The notes under the pieces are model-generated. The model ran no database searches. It saw only the letters and a program-made list of their open reading frames with translations, and had not been told where the DNA came from. A stretch of DNA of 64,000 nt from Acidobacteriota bacterium (GTDB lineage: Bacteria > Acidobacteriota > UBA6911 > RPQK01 > JAJDTT01): NCBI GenBank assembly GCA_965217775.1, contig CBDCJH010000002.1:544001-608000 (forward strand), in the 5' to 3' direction. This document shows positions 53,022 through 63,405 of the stretch, piece by piece. Position 1 is the first letter of the stretch, and each line of letters begins with the position of its first letter. A program made the position numbers and the translations under genes.

Positions 53022-53039
53022 GTTCCACATGAGGTCGCC

Positions 53040-53333
53040 ATGCCGCTGGTCACAGTGAAGCCGAAGTTCCAGGTCACTATTCCCGCCAAGTTGCGTAGAG
53101 GCATCAATCTGCGTGAAGGCGACATCATGGACGTCACCGTAGTCGGAGATGGCATCCTCCTTCGGCCCATGGGCGTTGTGGACCGAAATTCCGCCGCCGA
53201 CCGTATCGCCGCCAAATTCGCGGCGACGGAGATTTCGTCGGAAGACGCTGGCCGCTCCGAGGACGAGATCATGGAAGACACCATCGCCGACATCGCCGCG
53301 TCCCGCCGAGAGTGCCGCAACCGCGAGGAATGA
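53040..53333 (+). CDS. AbrB/MazE/SpoVT-family antitoxin
   Basis: MPLVTVKPKFQVTIPAKLRRGINLREGD...GILLRP. Confidence 0.85.
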   Translation: MPLVTVKPKFQVTIPAKLRRGINLREGDIMDVTVVGDGILLRPMGVVDRNSAADRIAAKFAATEISSEDAGRSEDEIMEDTIADIAASRRECRNREE

Positions 53334-53430
53334 AGGTTGTCATCGACTGCAACGTTCTGGTTGCGGCCGCTCGAACTGACGGCGTGTGCCGCAAGGTGAT
53401 CGACGTTGTAGTGCGTCGGCACGAGATTGT
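53330..53430 (+). pseudogene. Truncated PIN-family toxin
   Basis: MKVVIDCNVLVAAA...VCRKVI...HEIV, then a switch to unrelated sequence; ATGA overlap with the antitoxin. Confidence 0.7.
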
Positions 53431-54116
53431 CCCTGCACCTGTCCTACATAATCAAACGCTCACCGAAACGTCGGAAGCTGACAATTACGGTCGAGCGGGA
53501 TCGCAGTGTTGTCGTGCATGCACCCGCATCTACTCCCGAAGAAATGATCCGGGAAATTGTCGAGTCAAAACGTCGGTGGATTTATGAGAAAAGGGCCCAT
53601 GCCCAGAAATATGAGAAGCAACCTCATCCGCCCGGCAAGGAGTTGGTGAACGGGGAATCCACGCTCTATCTCGGCCGCGAGTACCAAATCGAGATCATCC
53701 CGACCGACTCGACGGAAATACGCTTCGAACGGCGTTTCCTCATCCCGGCGTCCCTGACGGGCGGGCGTAGGCGGATCCTTCGCAACTGGTACATCGAGCG
53801 AGCGAAAGAGAGGATTCTTCCGAAGGTGGAATCCATTGCGGCGACTCTCGGGGTGGATTTTGCCGGTGCGAGGATCGTGGACAATCGTTTCCGCTGAGGG
53901 TCCTGCACTGTAAAGGACAACGTGAACCTGAATTGGCGATTGATCAAGGCGCCCATGTTCGTGATCGATTACGTCATCGTGCACGAACTTGCTCATTTGA
54001 TTGAGGCCAATCATACGCCCCGATTCTGGAATATTGTCAGGACCCATGCTCCTACAATGGAAAAAGCGCGGCGCTGGCTCAGGGACCACGGCCAAATTCT
54101 CGAACAGGACATCTGA
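53427..54116 (+). pseudogene. YgjP/M48(SprT)-like metallopeptidase with an in-frame stop
   Basis: KRRKLTITV...GESTLYLGREY...NRFR*GSC (TGA 53895-53897 replaces W of RWGSC)...LNWRLI..P..IDYVIVHELAHL..NHTPRFW. Confidence 0.85.
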
Positions 54117-54120
54117 GAAA

Positions 54121-54372
54121 ATGACAATGCGCAAAATCGCAATCAGTGTTCCGGAGAGTGTGCTTCTAGCCGAGAAGACTGACGAGCGCGCTTTTGCTCG
54201 TGAACTCGGTATGCTGGCCGCGGTCAAGCTCTCCGAGCTCGGCCGTCTTTCGTCCGGGCGAGCTGCGGAACTTGCCGGGATGGCGCGGGTGGAGTTCCTG
54301 CTGACGCTCGATCGCTACAAGGTCTTCCCGCTCGAGGCGGAGCTGAACGACCTGGAACGCGATCATGTCTGA
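54121..54372 (+). CDS. UPF0175-family antitoxin
   Basis: LAAVKLSELGRLSSGRAAELAGMARVEFL. Confidence 0.85.
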   Translation: MTMRKIAISVPESVLLAEKTDERAFARELGMLAAVKLSELGRLSSGRAAELAGMARVEFLLTLDRYKVFPLEAELNDLERDHV

Positions 54373-54400
54373 GTGCATCAGCAACACGTCACCGCTGAAG
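54365..54400 (+). pseudogene. 5' stub of a DUF3368-family PIN toxin
   Basis: MSECISNTSPL matches the DUF3368 start (xxSNTSPL) and overlaps the UPF0175 stop; similarity ends after about 12 codons. Confidence 0.55.
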
Positions 54401-54456
54401 AGATCATTGGCAATGATCCGGGCAGCAGCCGTCCGTATTGAATCCAGAGGCGCGCC

Positions 54457-54897
54457 ATGAAAACTGTCCGCCAGTTGCTCCACTCCAAAGGATACGATGT
54501 CTGGTCCGTTAGCCCCGGCACCTCCGTTTTGGATGCCCTCAAACTCATGGCCGAAAAGAACATCGGAGCTCTTCTGGTGCTGGAGTCCGGGCGGCTGGTG
54601 GGGATCTTCTCGGAGCGGGACTATGCCAGGAAGGTGATCCTCAAGGGCAAGGCCTCCCACAGCACTCAAGTCCGGGAGATCATGATCCGCAAGGTGATCT
54701 ACGTCCGGCCCGAACAGGGCATGGAGGAGTGTATGGGGCTCATGACCCAGAAGCGAATCCGGCATCTTCCGGTGATGGAGGGGGGGGAACTGGTGGGGAT
54801 GATCTCCATCGGAGACGTCGTCAAGTCCATCATCTCCGAGCAGGAGTTCACCATCAGGCAACTGGAGCAATACATCTCCGGCGGTCCAACCGACTGA
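54457..54897 (+). CDS. CBS-domain protein
   Basis: NIGALLV...GIFSERDYARK...RIRHLPV...GMISIGDVVK. Confidence 0.92.
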   Translation: MKTVRQLLHSKGYDVWSVSPGTSVLDALKLMAEKNIGALLVLESGRLVGIFSERDYARKVILKGKASHSTQVREIMIRKVIYVRPEQGMEECMGLMTQKRIRHLPVMEGGELVGMISIGDVVKSIISEQEFTIRQLEQYISGGPTD

Positions 54898-54918
54898 CGC
54901 GGGCCAGGAGTCATCCCC

Positions 54919-55488
54919 TTGAAAGTGGTGTGGAAGGAGCGGATCCGGCGCCGGCTGTTGCGGATTCCGCCACGACGGAATCCGGCCGCATCCAACGCTC
55001 GGGCAGCCGTCCTCATGGGCCTTCTGGATTGCGAGAGCGAGCCCTCTTTCCTGCTGACCAAGCGAACCCGGGAAGTCGCGACCCACAAGGGGCAGATCTG
55101 CTTTCCGGGAGGCGTGGAGGAGGCTGGCGATCGCTCCCTCTGGCAGACTGCCCTGAGGGAAACCGGGGAGGAAGTCGGGATCGAGCCGGAGTACGTGGAG
55201 CTACTGGGCCGATTTCACGATTACCAGGCCGTGACCGACACCGACGTCGCCTGCTACGTGGGCTACCTGAAGCCGGGATTCTCCTTGATTCCCAGTCCCG
55301 CGGAAGTGGAACGAGTCCTGCAAGTGCCCTACGCCTTCTTTCGCGACACCCGTCCCCGGGTGGAGACCCGGCATCGCGGAGGCCGTCCGATTCCGGTCTA
55401 TTTTTTCGACTACCAAGGCGACTCGGTCTGGGGATTGACCGCGCGCATGATCAAGGATCTGCTGGACGCGCTGGGAGACTGGCGGTAG
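54919..55488 (+). CDS. Nudix hydrolase (CoA pyrophosphatase)
   Basis: LLTKR...HKGQICFPGG...ALRETGEEVG; VWGLTA. Confidence 0.9.
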   Translation: MKVVWKERIRRRLLRIPPRRNPAASNARAAVLMGLLDCESEPSFLLTKRTREVATHKGQICFPGGVEEAGDRSLWQTALRETGEEVGIEPEYVELLGRFHDYQAVTDTDVACYVGYLKPGFSLIPSPAEVERVLQVPYAFFRDTRPRVETRHRGGRPIPVYFFDYQGDSVWGLTARMIKDLLDALGDWR

Positions 55489-55509
55489 GGGCAACCCTTG
55501 TGGTTGCCT
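55485..55509 (+). repeat. GTAG-type REP-like palindrome
   Basis: GTAG-GGGCAACC-CTTGT-GGTTGCC; its TAG is the Nudix stop codon. Confidence 0.55.
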
Positions 55510-55572
55510 CGTAACGGTCTCCCCAGCGGACGGTGCAGTCGGAATCCACCGTAGATTCCGGCCACGCGCTGG

Positions 55573-56853
55573 TCAAGCAACCGGCATTGGGCGATGCGCG
55601 GCTTTGAGCCGGCTCGCCAGGTGGTCGATGATGAGCCTCGCCTGGGTGACGCCCTGTCGGATCAGAAACGTGGAATTGGTCCCGTAGCTCTTGTTGCCCA
55701 CGATGAAGAAGTCGGGTTCGGGATTCCTCAGGAGGTCGAGGTCCGGGCCGGCCTGATCGCCGCAATCGCCCGATCCACCCAGCAGGCTGGCCGCCAGCTT
55801 GATGGGACCGGAGGTGGCGTAACATTCGTGGACTTGAAGCTGCCGGTAGATGGAGTTGTCGGGCTCGAATCCCACGTGGGAGACGATCTCGTCCACCTCG
55901 ATCTCCCGCCGCTTCCGGGCTCCGTTCCGAGTTCCGTCGACCACCACACGGAAGGGACCCCGCGGGGACCACGACAGAATCTCGTCCACCATGGAGCTTC
56001 CCAGATACGACAGCCAGGAGGGTGGACGTTGGGCCAGTGAATTGGCCAACGCGGCGATCCGGTCCCGGTAGGGAAAGGGATCATCCCGGTACCGCTCGTA
56101 AGGGACGGTCTCGGGCGAGGAATTGACCCAGAAAACCCGGGTGCGGGGCGCCGTCTCCGCCAGCTTTTGGAGGGCCTCGAGGGTCGTTGCCGCCGAGTAG
56201 CCGCCGCCCACCAGCAGCACGCGGCGACCGGCGAACCGGGAACGTTGGTTCCCACTCACGTCCACCAGGTGCCGGTGAAAATGATCCGGAGCGGCCTGTT
56301 GCGCCTCGCACTCTCCGGGGGCGGCGATGTTGCCGTTGCCCATGTACTGGGGACAGGAATAGACCCCCGAGGCGTCGACCACGGATCGGGATCTGTGGAT
56401 GCAGCGCCGTCCTTCTCGCTCAACCAGCAATCTGAAGGGGTGAAGAGAGCGCTCCGGTTTGCCCAGGAGATCCTTTTTGCCCAAGCCCTCCCTTCCCACC
56501 GACCGGACTGTGATCCCCGCCAAAATACGGCCCGAGAGTTGAGGAGTCCGGGCCAGCGGCTTCAGGTAGGTCTCGACCATTTCGGCACCGGTCGGGTAGC
56601 TGTCCGGTGGCGGAAGGGAGAGCTTCGGAAAGGCCGCCTTGATCAGCTCCAAGCCCCATTGAGAGTGGTTCGATCGAAAGGGACTGAACAGTCGAACGTG
56701 ACCCCACTGGGAGAGGTGGTGTCCCACCGCCTCTTTCTCGAGGACGACGACGTTCAGACCGGCCAGAGCGGCTCGACTGGCCGCTTCCATGCCGATGGGA
56801 CCGGCGCCGATGATGGCAAGATCGCTCGTGGCGGGAAGGGAGTTTCTCCTCAA
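55573..56853 (-). CDS. FAD-dependent pyridine nucleotide oxidoreductase/monooxygenase
   Basis: IIGAGPIG, WGHVRLFSP, VVDASG, LVGGGYSAAT, PEPDFFIVGNKSYG...FL. Confidence 0.85.
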   Translation of the reverse strand: MRRNSLPATSDLAIIGAGPIGMEAASRAALAGLNVVVLEKEAVGHHLSQWGHVRLFSPFRSNHSQWGLELIKAAFPKLSLPPPDSYPTGAEMVETYLKPLARTPQLSGRILAGITVRSVGREGLGKKDLLGKPERSLHPFRLLVEREGRRCIHRSRSVVDASGVYSCPQYMGNGNIAAPGECEAQQAAPDHFHRHLVDVSGNQRSRFAGRRVLLVGGGYSAATTLEALQKLAETAPRTRVFWVNSSPETVPYERYRDDPFPYRDRIAALANSLAQRPPSWLSYLGSSMVDEILSWSPRGPFRVVVDGTRNGARKRREIEVDEIVSHVGFEPDNSIYRQLQVHECYATSGPIKLAASLLGGSGDCGDQAGPDLDLLRNPEPDFFIVGNKSYGTNSTFLIRQGVTQARLIIDHLASRLKAAHRPMPVA

Positions 56854-56911
56854 TTCTTGCCTTTGCGTGTCAGCGGCGGCTCTCCGGCCGCGGTTCCGGG
56901 TCGGCGATGAA

Positions 56912-56951
56912 GAGGGGGACAGGAATGTCCCCCCTCCCAGGGCGCCCCTAC
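56912..56951 (-). repeat. REP-like palindrome cluster
   Basis: Minus strand GTAGGGGCGCCCT followed by GGAGGGGGGAC-ATTCCT-GTCCCCCTC. Confidence 0.5.
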
Positions 56952-56958
56952 GGTTTTC

Positions 56959-58302
56959 CTAGAAGCCGTAGGCACCGAACAGCTCGTAGCTCTTGGGAAC
57001 CCGCCCCAGAAAGAAGGCCGTGGCGACAAGAAACCGGCTCCTGTCGGCGGCTGAAGAGGCCTGATGGCAGTCCGCCGCCACCTTGACCAGAAGGATGTCG
57101 TCTCCACCGCACACGTGCCCGTCGTTCTTGACGGCCAAATCCATCAGAGTCGTCGCCAATCCGGCGCCGTCCTCGGAATTCCGGTCCAGAATGACTTTGG
57201 CCGCTGTAGCGGACGCGTATGGATCCGAATGGCTGACGACACTTCGAAGGACCTTGGTGGCATCTGTGGGAAGCAAATGGCCGGGGAGCTGGTCCAGAAC
57301 CCGGTTCTGACCGCCTTCGGAACTCTTCGTCGAGGCCCGGTGGATCAGGGCGGCTCCCAGGAGCAGCGCCAAGGTCCGGCGGTGAGGCTCCACCAGATTC
57401 GCCCAGTCTCCCAAGAGGTAAACGAAGTTCAAGGCACGGGCCGGACCCGGCCAATGACCGGTCCGGGAGTTGCCCACGGCCTGAGCCGCCGTCAGGAGCA
57501 GCACGTCCCGAATGGCTTCCACACCGGCGCCGGATTGACTCAAAAGCGTCACGGCGTCGAGCGCTTCTTCGGTCGATTCTCCGAAGAGACAGCTTTGTTC
57601 GAAACGGGAGCGAAGTTCCTCGGAAACGGTCCCGCTGTTCTTCAGGGCCGCGGTCAGGGGATTGGCCTGCCAGTATTCCCGGACCCGGGCCGAAAGCTGC
57701 TTCTCCCGGGGGCCGGCCACCAGGTAATGGAGGGCAGGGAAGAGGATCGCTTCCAGGTTCTTCCACTGGAGCGACTGAGCCAGTTTCCAGGCCTGGAGCA
57801 GATAGAGAAATTTGAATCCTCCATGAGCCGTATCGGCCAGGGCGTAAGATAGTCCCTGCGACCGGAAAAAGTCCCGGTCCGAGGGGCTGGCGAGAAATCC
57901 CTTGGCCCATGCGAGCGAAGCGGGAACGTCGGCCGACGCGGCCGCCTGGGTGAAGTGGTGCCAGCGCTTCTCCAGGCTCTCCTGGTTGCGGGCATCGATC
58001 TTGTCCAGGTTCCATGGAGTCCGCTTCCGCTCCCTGGCGGCGCTCCAGGTCTGCTGTATGTAGGGGCGCCATCCGGTTTCCGCAGGGAGAATGGTCTGGG
58101 CCTCGGTGGCCGCCATGATGCCGAAGAAGCCGCGGGGAACCGAATCGCCGTAGTAGTTCTCATACAAGCGGGTGGGAAGGTAGCCCGCCACCGCCTCCAC
58201 GAAATCGGCGGGAGCCGAGAAATGGCTCTGAGCCTCCTTCATGCGGCCCGAAAACTCCTTTGGGCTCGACGCTTCCAGGAGGCGTTCCATGATTTCGGTC
58301 AT
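56959..58302 (-). CDS. Hypothetical helical protein
   Basis: 447-aa ORF with protein-like composition, GAAGGAG SD, co-oriented with the flavoprotein gene. Confidence 0.75.
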   Translation of the reverse strand: MTEIMERLLEASSPKEFSGRMKEAQSHFSAPADFVEAVAGYLPTRLYENYYGDSVPRGFFGIMAATEAQTILPAETGWRPYIQQTWSAARERKRTPWNLDKIDARNQESLEKRWHHFTQAAASADVPASLAWAKGFLASPSDRDFFRSQGLSYALADTAHGGFKFLYLLQAWKLAQSLQWKNLEAILFPALHYLVAGPREKQLSARVREYWQANPLTAALKNSGTVSEELRSRFEQSCLFGESTEEALDAVTLLSQSGAGVEAIRDVLLLTAAQAVGNSRTGHWPGPARALNFVYLLGDWANLVEPHRRTLALLLGAALIHRASTKSSEGGQNRVLDQLPGHLLPTDATKVLRSVVSHSDPYASATAAKVILDRNSEDGAGLATTLMDLAVKNDGHVCGGDDILLVKVAADCHQASSAADRSRFLVATAFFLGRVPKSYELFGAYGF

Positions 58303-58527
58303 CTTCGAATAACTCCTTCGAGGGAAAAATGGACGAGTCGGGAACCCGCTCCCGGCACCTCCATGGCCGCTTCAGAGCCCAAATCCGCGCCTCGAAGTGG
58401 GCGGCTTCATGATACGAAATCGGCCTGTCGATCACAACTTTTCCGGCCCTCCGGAGGGTGGAGGCCGGGCTGTTCCGAGGGCCTTCCGGGTTGTTGGGGA
58501 AGAGGGCCGTATTGTAGAATTTCGACC

Positions 58528-59778
58528 ATGTCCCAGGTCAGGAAAACGGTTGCGGTCAAGGTGGGAGACGTCACGGTCGGTGGCGATGCGCCCATCGTGG
58601 TCCAGTCCATGACCAATACGGATACCGCAGACGTGGGGGCCACGGTCCGTCAAGTGCGGCAGCTTGCAGCGGCCGGATCCGAGATTGTGCGGATCACCGT
58701 CAACAGCAACGCCGCGGCCCGGTCCGTCGGCGAAATCGTGCGCCGGCTGAGAGGGGAAGGGAACGACGTACCCATAGTGGGGGATTTCCACTACAACGGC
58801 CACCTGCTCCTCAGCCATCATCCCGCCTGCGCCCGTTCCCTGAGCAAGTTCCGGATCAATCCGGGCAACGTGGGAAGGGGCCGCTATCGCGACCGGAACT
58901 TCCGGCGGCTGATTCAATTGGCGCTGGAATATGACAAGCCGGTTCGTATCGGAGTCAACTGGGGCTCGTTGGACCAGGATCTGCTGTCACGGCTGATGGA
59001 GGTCAACGCAGCCCGGGCCGAGCCCAAGAGCGCCGAGGAGGTGCTCGAGGAGGCCATCGTGGCCAGTGCCCTGGAGTCCGCGGAGCTGGCCCGGGAGTAT
59101 GGCCTCCCCAAGAATCGCATCATTCTGAGCGCCAAGGTGTCCTCGGCGCCCGAGTTGATCCGGATCTATCGAGTTCTGGGACGGTCCTCTGATTACCCTC
59201 TGCATCTGGGGCTGACGGAAGCGGGGATGGGAAGCCGCGGGATCGTGGCCAGTTCGGCTGCCTTGGGCGTTCTGCTGCACGACGGAATCGGAGAGACCAT
59301 CCGGGTGAGCCTGACTCCGCTGCCCGGAGCCAGCAGAAGCGAGGAAGTTCGTGTGGCCCAGCAGATTCTCCAATCCATGGGCCTTCGCAGCTTCGCCCCC
59401 CAGGTCAGTGCCTGTCCCGGCTGCGGCCGGACCACCAGCAGCTTCTTCCAGGAATTGGCGGAACGAATCGAACATCACCTGCGTCTTAGGATGGTGGACT
59501 GGCAGCAACTCTATCCGGGCGTCGAGGACCTCAAGGTGGCGGTCATGGGTTGCATCGTCAACGGCCCCGGGGAATCCAAGCATGCCGATATCGGTATTTC
59601 GCTGCCGGGGAGCGGCGAAGAGCCGAAGGCGCCCGTCTACGTGGACGGAAGGCAATTCACGACGCTGCGGGGAGATGGGATCTCCGACCGGTTCATTCGG
59701 ATTCTGGAAGATTATGTAACGGATCGGTACGGTGCCTCTCGAGAAGTTTCGAGGAGCGCCAGCCTCGGTCCGACCTAG
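58528..59778 (+). CDS. ispG: HMBPP synthase IspG (GcpE)
   Basis: [63 protein letters not shown]. Confidence 0.96.
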   Translation: MSQVRKTVAVKVGDVTVGGDAPIVVQSMTNTDTADVGATVRQVRQLAAAGSEIVRITVNSNAAARSVGEIVRRLRGEGNDVPIVGDFHYNGHLLLSHHPACARSLSKFRINPGNVGRGRYRDRNFRRLIQLALEYDKPVRIGVNWGSLDQDLLSRLMEVNAARAEPKSAEEVLEEAIVASALESAELAREYGLPKNRIILSAKVSSAPELIRIYRVLGRSSDYPLHLGLTEAGMGSRGIVASSAALGVLLHDGIGETIRVSLTPLPGASRSEEVRVAQQILQSMGLRSFAPQVSACPGCGRTTSSFFQELAERIEHHLRLRMVDWQQLYPGVEDLKVAVMGCIVNGPGESKHADIGISLPGSGEEPKAPVYVDGRQFTTLRGDGISDRFIRILEDYVTDRYGASREVSRSASLGPT

Positions 59779-59858
59779 CGTATCGTGTCAGGAGCGGCCA
59801 CCGGCGGTTCCTGAAGATTCTTCATTCCCAGAGAAATTTCCCAGGAGATTGGACACAG

Positions 59859-60854
59859 ATGATCGAGGCGGAACATCTGACCAAACGATATGGCCTGCTG
59901 GCGGCCATCGAGGACGTGAGCTTCCAGGTTCGACAGGGAGAGATCCTTGGATTTCTGGGTCCCAACGGAGCCGGGAAGACCACCACCATGCGGATTCTGG
60001 CCGGCTTCTTCCCGGCGACAGAGGGACGGGCAGTGGTGGCCGGCTACGATGTCTTCGAGCACCCGCTGGAGGCCAAGAGCCGGGTGGGATACCTGCCGGA
60101 GAGTCCACCTCTGTACACCGAAATGACGGTGGACAGCTACCTTCGATTCGTGGCCACCATCAAGGGACTGGCCAGCTCCGACACGCCGGGCCGAATGGAG
60201 ATCGTCAAGGAACGGTGCGGACTGTCGGGTCAGGGCGAACGCTTGATCAGGCACCTGTCCAAAGGTTACCGGCAACGGGTCGGATTGGCTCAGGCTCTGA
60301 TCCACGACCCGGACGTTCTGATTCTGGACGAACCGACCATCGGCCTGGACCCCAAACAGATCATCGAGTTCCGGGAGCTCATCGGCAGTCTCCGGGGTGA
60401 GCACACCATCATCCTCTCCACTCACATATTGCCCGAAGTGAGCATGACCTGCGACCGGGTCATCATCATCAGCCGCGGACGCATCGTGGCCGTCGATACT
60501 CCCCAGAACCTGACCAGCCGGATCCAGGGCGGGGAGCAGATCGACCTCACGGTGGGCGGCGACAGCGGCCGGGTGACGGAGCTGCTGAACGCCCTCCCCC
60601 AGGTGAGGCGAGTGGCGGTCGAAGAGCCGGAGAACGGCCTCTCCTCCGTGCTGGTGGAGGCGGACGGTCAAGCCGAGATCCGCCATGCGGTGGCCCGGCA
60701 GGTGATCCAGGGGGGACTCGATCTCTATGAGTTGAAGGTCCGGTCCGTCAGTCTGGAGGACGTCTTCGTGGAGTTGACCACCGAGGAAGAAACGGCGGAG
60801 GGAACCATCCGGGAAGGGGACGAGCCGGATCGGGAGGGGGAGGCGGCATCGTGA
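59859..60854 (+). CDS. ABC transporter ATP-binding protein (GldA-like)
   Basis: GPNGAGKTT, LSKGYRQR, LILDEPT. Confidence 0.92.
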   Translation: MIEAEHLTKRYGLLAAIEDVSFQVRQGEILGFLGPNGAGKTTTMRILAGFFPATEGRAVVAGYDVFEHPLEAKSRVGYLPESPPLYTEMTVDSYLRFVATIKGLASSDTPGRMEIVKERCGLSGQGERLIRHLSKGYRQRVGLAQALIHDPDVLILDEPTIGLDPKQIIEFRELIGSLRGEHTIILSTHILPEVSMTCDRVIIISRGRIVAVDTPQNLTSRIQGGEQIDLTVGGDSGRVTELLNALPQVRRVAVEEPENGLSSVLVEADGQAEIRHAVARQVIQGGLDLYELKVRSVSLEDVFVELTTEEETAEGTIREGDEPDREGEAAS

Positions 60855-61639
60855 GGAACTACTTCGCCATCGTCGGCAAGGAACTGTACGCTTTCTTCGT
60901 CAGCCCCATCGCCTATGTGGTGCTGGGTGTCTTCTTCGCGGTTTCGGGCTGGTTTTTCTTCGGGATCACCACCTCCGTGATCGAGAGTATTCAGCAAATG
61001 GGATTCCAGTCCCAGCAGTTCGGGTCCGCGCCGCCCCCGATGGACGCGTTCTCCACGATCATGACCCACTTCTTCAGCATCATCAGCACCATTTTTCTGT
61101 TTCTCATTCCCCTGATTACCATGGGCGTCTTCGCGGAAGAGAAGAAGCGCGGCACCGTCGAGCTCCTCTTCACGTCGCCCCTGACCCACGCGCAGCTGAT
61201 TCTGGGCAAGTTCACGGCGGTCATGGTCTTCTTCCTGGCGATGCTGGTTCCCACCATTCTCAACTTGTGCCTCCTCTACTTCTACAGCGATCCGCTGCCT
61301 CCATTGAGCCCGGTTCTCAACGGATTCCTGGGAGCCCTTCTCCTAGGAGGATCGCTCATGAGCCTGGGGATCTTCGCGTCCTCGCTGACCGAGAGCCAAA
61401 TCGTCGCCGGGATTCTTTCCTTCGGCTTCTTCATCATCCTGTGGGTCGTGGATTGGATGGCCGGAGCCGGATCGGCGCTCGGCAACGAGGTCCTGCGCTA
61501 CCTCTCCATCATGAACCACTACGAAGACTTCACCAAGGGAGTCCTGGACACCAGCCACGTATTCTTCTACCTGTCGCTGATCTTCATGGGGCTCTTCCTG
61601 ACTTCGGTTTCCCTGAACTCCCCGAAATGGAGGTCCTGA
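60851..61639 (+). CDS. ABC-2 permease (GldF-like)
   Basis: KELYAFFVSPIAY, FAEEKKRGTVELL, SSLTESQIVA. Confidence 0.88.
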   Translation: MRNYFAIVGKELYAFFVSPIAYVVLGVFFAVSGWFFFGITTSVIESIQQMGFQSQQFGSAPPPMDAFSTIMTHFFSIISTIFLFLIPLITMGVFAEEKKRGTVELLFTSPLTHAQLILGKFTAVMVFFLAMLVPTILNLCLLYFYSDPLPPLSPVLNGFLGALLLGGSLMSLGIFASSLTESQIVAGILSFGFFIILWVVDWMAGAGSALGNEVLRYLSIMNHYEDFTKGVLDTSHVFFYLSLIFMGLFLTSVSLNSPKWRS

Positions 61640-61640
61640 A

Positions 61641-63314
61641 GTGTTCAAGAAACTGATTCAGCCTCTGGTCTCGGTATTCGGTACCTCCGAGACTCTGATC
61701 TACGCCGGCGCGGGAGGTCTGATCGGCGGCTACTTCTACTATTCGGTCAACAATCTCTGGGACTGGAAGGCCCAGACGGCCGTTTACGGCGGCGCCGGCC
61801 TGCTGATTCTCTGGGTCGTCCTGAACCTGGGGCAGTTGCGGTCAGGCTTGACCTCGCGCCGTGGGCGCCATGGCGCCGCCGCGGGCGCCTCCACGGTGCT
61901 GGTGGTCGCCATCGTTTGTCTGTTGAGCTTCCTCAACCTTCGCCACAACCGGCGAATCGACTTGACGGAGAATCAGCTCTTCTCCCTTTCCAGCCAGAGC
62001 CGGAAGGTGGTCGAGGCCCTGGAAGGGGAGATTCACGTCGTGGGTTTCTTCCAGCAAGAGGGTCAAGCCAGAGCCTTTGAGGAGTTGATGCAGCAGTACC
62101 GATACGTCTCCGCCCGGGTCGACTATGAGGTGGTGGATCCGCAGAAGGAACCGAGCCAGGTGGCCCGTTTCGACGTGGAACGCTTTGGCCAGGTCGCCGT
62201 GGCCGGTGGAGGCAAGACCGAGATCGTGGATGATTTTGACGAGGCCAGGATCACCAACGCCATCATCAAGGTGACACGCGAAGGACAGAAGATCGTCTAC
62301 TTCATGACGGGTCACGGAGAGCGAAGTTCGGAGGAGGCCGGTCCTGAGGGGTTGTCCCAGGTCAAGGAGGCCATCGAGAGACAAAACTACGTGGTCCGGA
62401 GCTACAACCTGGCGCAGGAGAATGCCCTGCCCGAGAATCCCGCGGTCCTGATCTCGGCCGGTCCCACGGTGAGTTTTCTCCCCAATGAAGTCAGACTCCT
62501 GAAGGAATACCTGGAGGGCGGAGGGAAGCTGCTGCTGCTGCTGGACCCCCGGACCAGATTTTCCATGGATGATCTTCTGGCTGAGTACGGATTGGGTGTG
62601 GACGGGAACGTGGTGATCGACGCCAGCGGAGTGGGGCAGCTCTTCGGCCTGGGAGTGGCCGCGCCCATCGTCTCCAGTTACGAGACCCACCCGATTACGG
62701 ATGAACTGCGTGGAGTCATGACCTTTTTCCCCATGGCTCAGAGCGTGCAGGTGACCGACAGCTCGCTCGGGTACAACTCGTCCAAGCTCTTCTCCACGTC
62801 TGCACGAAGTTGGGGAGAAACGAACCTGGAGGGCGACCAGGCGGCGTTCGACGAGGACCAGGACGTCCAGGGCCCCTTGGCTTTGGCTGCCGTGGCCGCA
62901 AAGACGGTTGAGACCGGCGGTGAACCGGGAGAAGAGGAGTCGTCCCACCACGGAGAGGCCGGGGATGAGGACAGCGCCGGGGAGACGCCTCATGAACCGG
63001 ACCCTCAGGCCGGCGCCGAGGATGGTGTAGAGAGTGATACCGAATCCCGCGAGTCGCGCATCGTCCTCGTGGGCGATTCCGATTTCGCCACCAATGCCTA
63101 CTCCACCACGTCCGCCAACGGGGACTTCCTTCGGATGACCGTCAGTTGGCTGGCGGAAGATACGGATCTGGTGGCGATCCAGTCCAGAGATCCGGAGAAC
63201 CGCAGAGTCAATCTGACCCGGAGAGAATCGACCCTGATGTTCTGGGCCACCGTCATCCTCATGCCTCTGGTGACCCTGGTCTTCGGCATGGCGGTGTGGA
63301 TCAGGCGGAAATGA
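61641..63314 (+). CDS. GldG-like ABC auxiliary component
   Basis: RIDLTENQLFSLS, VYFMTGHGE, HPIT, RIVLVGDSDF, C-terminal TM segment. Confidence 0.85.
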   Translation: MFKKLIQPLVSVFGTSETLIYAGAGGLIGGYFYYSVNNLWDWKAQTAVYGGAGLLILWVVLNLGQLRSGLTSRRGRHGAAAGASTVLVVAIVCLLSFLNLRHNRRIDLTENQLFSLSSQSRKVVEALEGEIHVVGFFQQEGQARAFEELMQQYRYVSARVDYEVVDPQKEPSQVARFDVERFGQVAVAGGGKTEIVDDFDEARITNAIIKVTREGQKIVYFMTGHGERSSEEAGPEGLSQVKEAIERQNYVVRSYNLAQENALPENPAVLISAGPTVSFLPNEVRLLKEYLEGGGKLLLLLDPRTRFSMDDLLAEYGLGVDGNVVIDASGVGQLFGLGVAAPIVSSYETHPITDELRGVMTFFPMAQSVQVTDSSLGYNSSKLFSTSARSWGETNLEGDQAAFDEDQDVQGPLALAAVAAKTVETGGEPGEEESSHHGEAGDEDSAGETPHEPDPQAGAEDGVESDTESRESRIVLVGDSDFATNAYSTTSANGDFLRMTVSWLAEDTDLVAIQSRDPENRRVNLTRRESTLMFWATVILMPLVTLVFGMAVWIRRK

Positions 63315-63405
63315 AGCTCGACGGCCCCTGAGCCGTGCCCCGGTGTCCTCCCGGGGGTGGTTCCGGGTACGGGAACGGCTCCGGCGCAGTTTCCGGATGA
63401 TGACC

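Noticed and set aside
53895-53897. TGA at a conserved Trp, suggesting recoding or selenocysteine
   Set aside because: TGA terminates many intact genes here (pgk, tpiA, pglX); a TGG-to-TGA nonsense change in a decaying islet is simpler.
53022-54460. Duplicated tRNA 3' end (attR) bounding the islet
   Set aside because: No convincing copy of the tRNA 3' sequence was found downstream by eye.
62905-63055. Acidic low-complexity insert in the GldG-like protein
   Set aside because: Probably a variable disordered loop; no DNA repeat structure.
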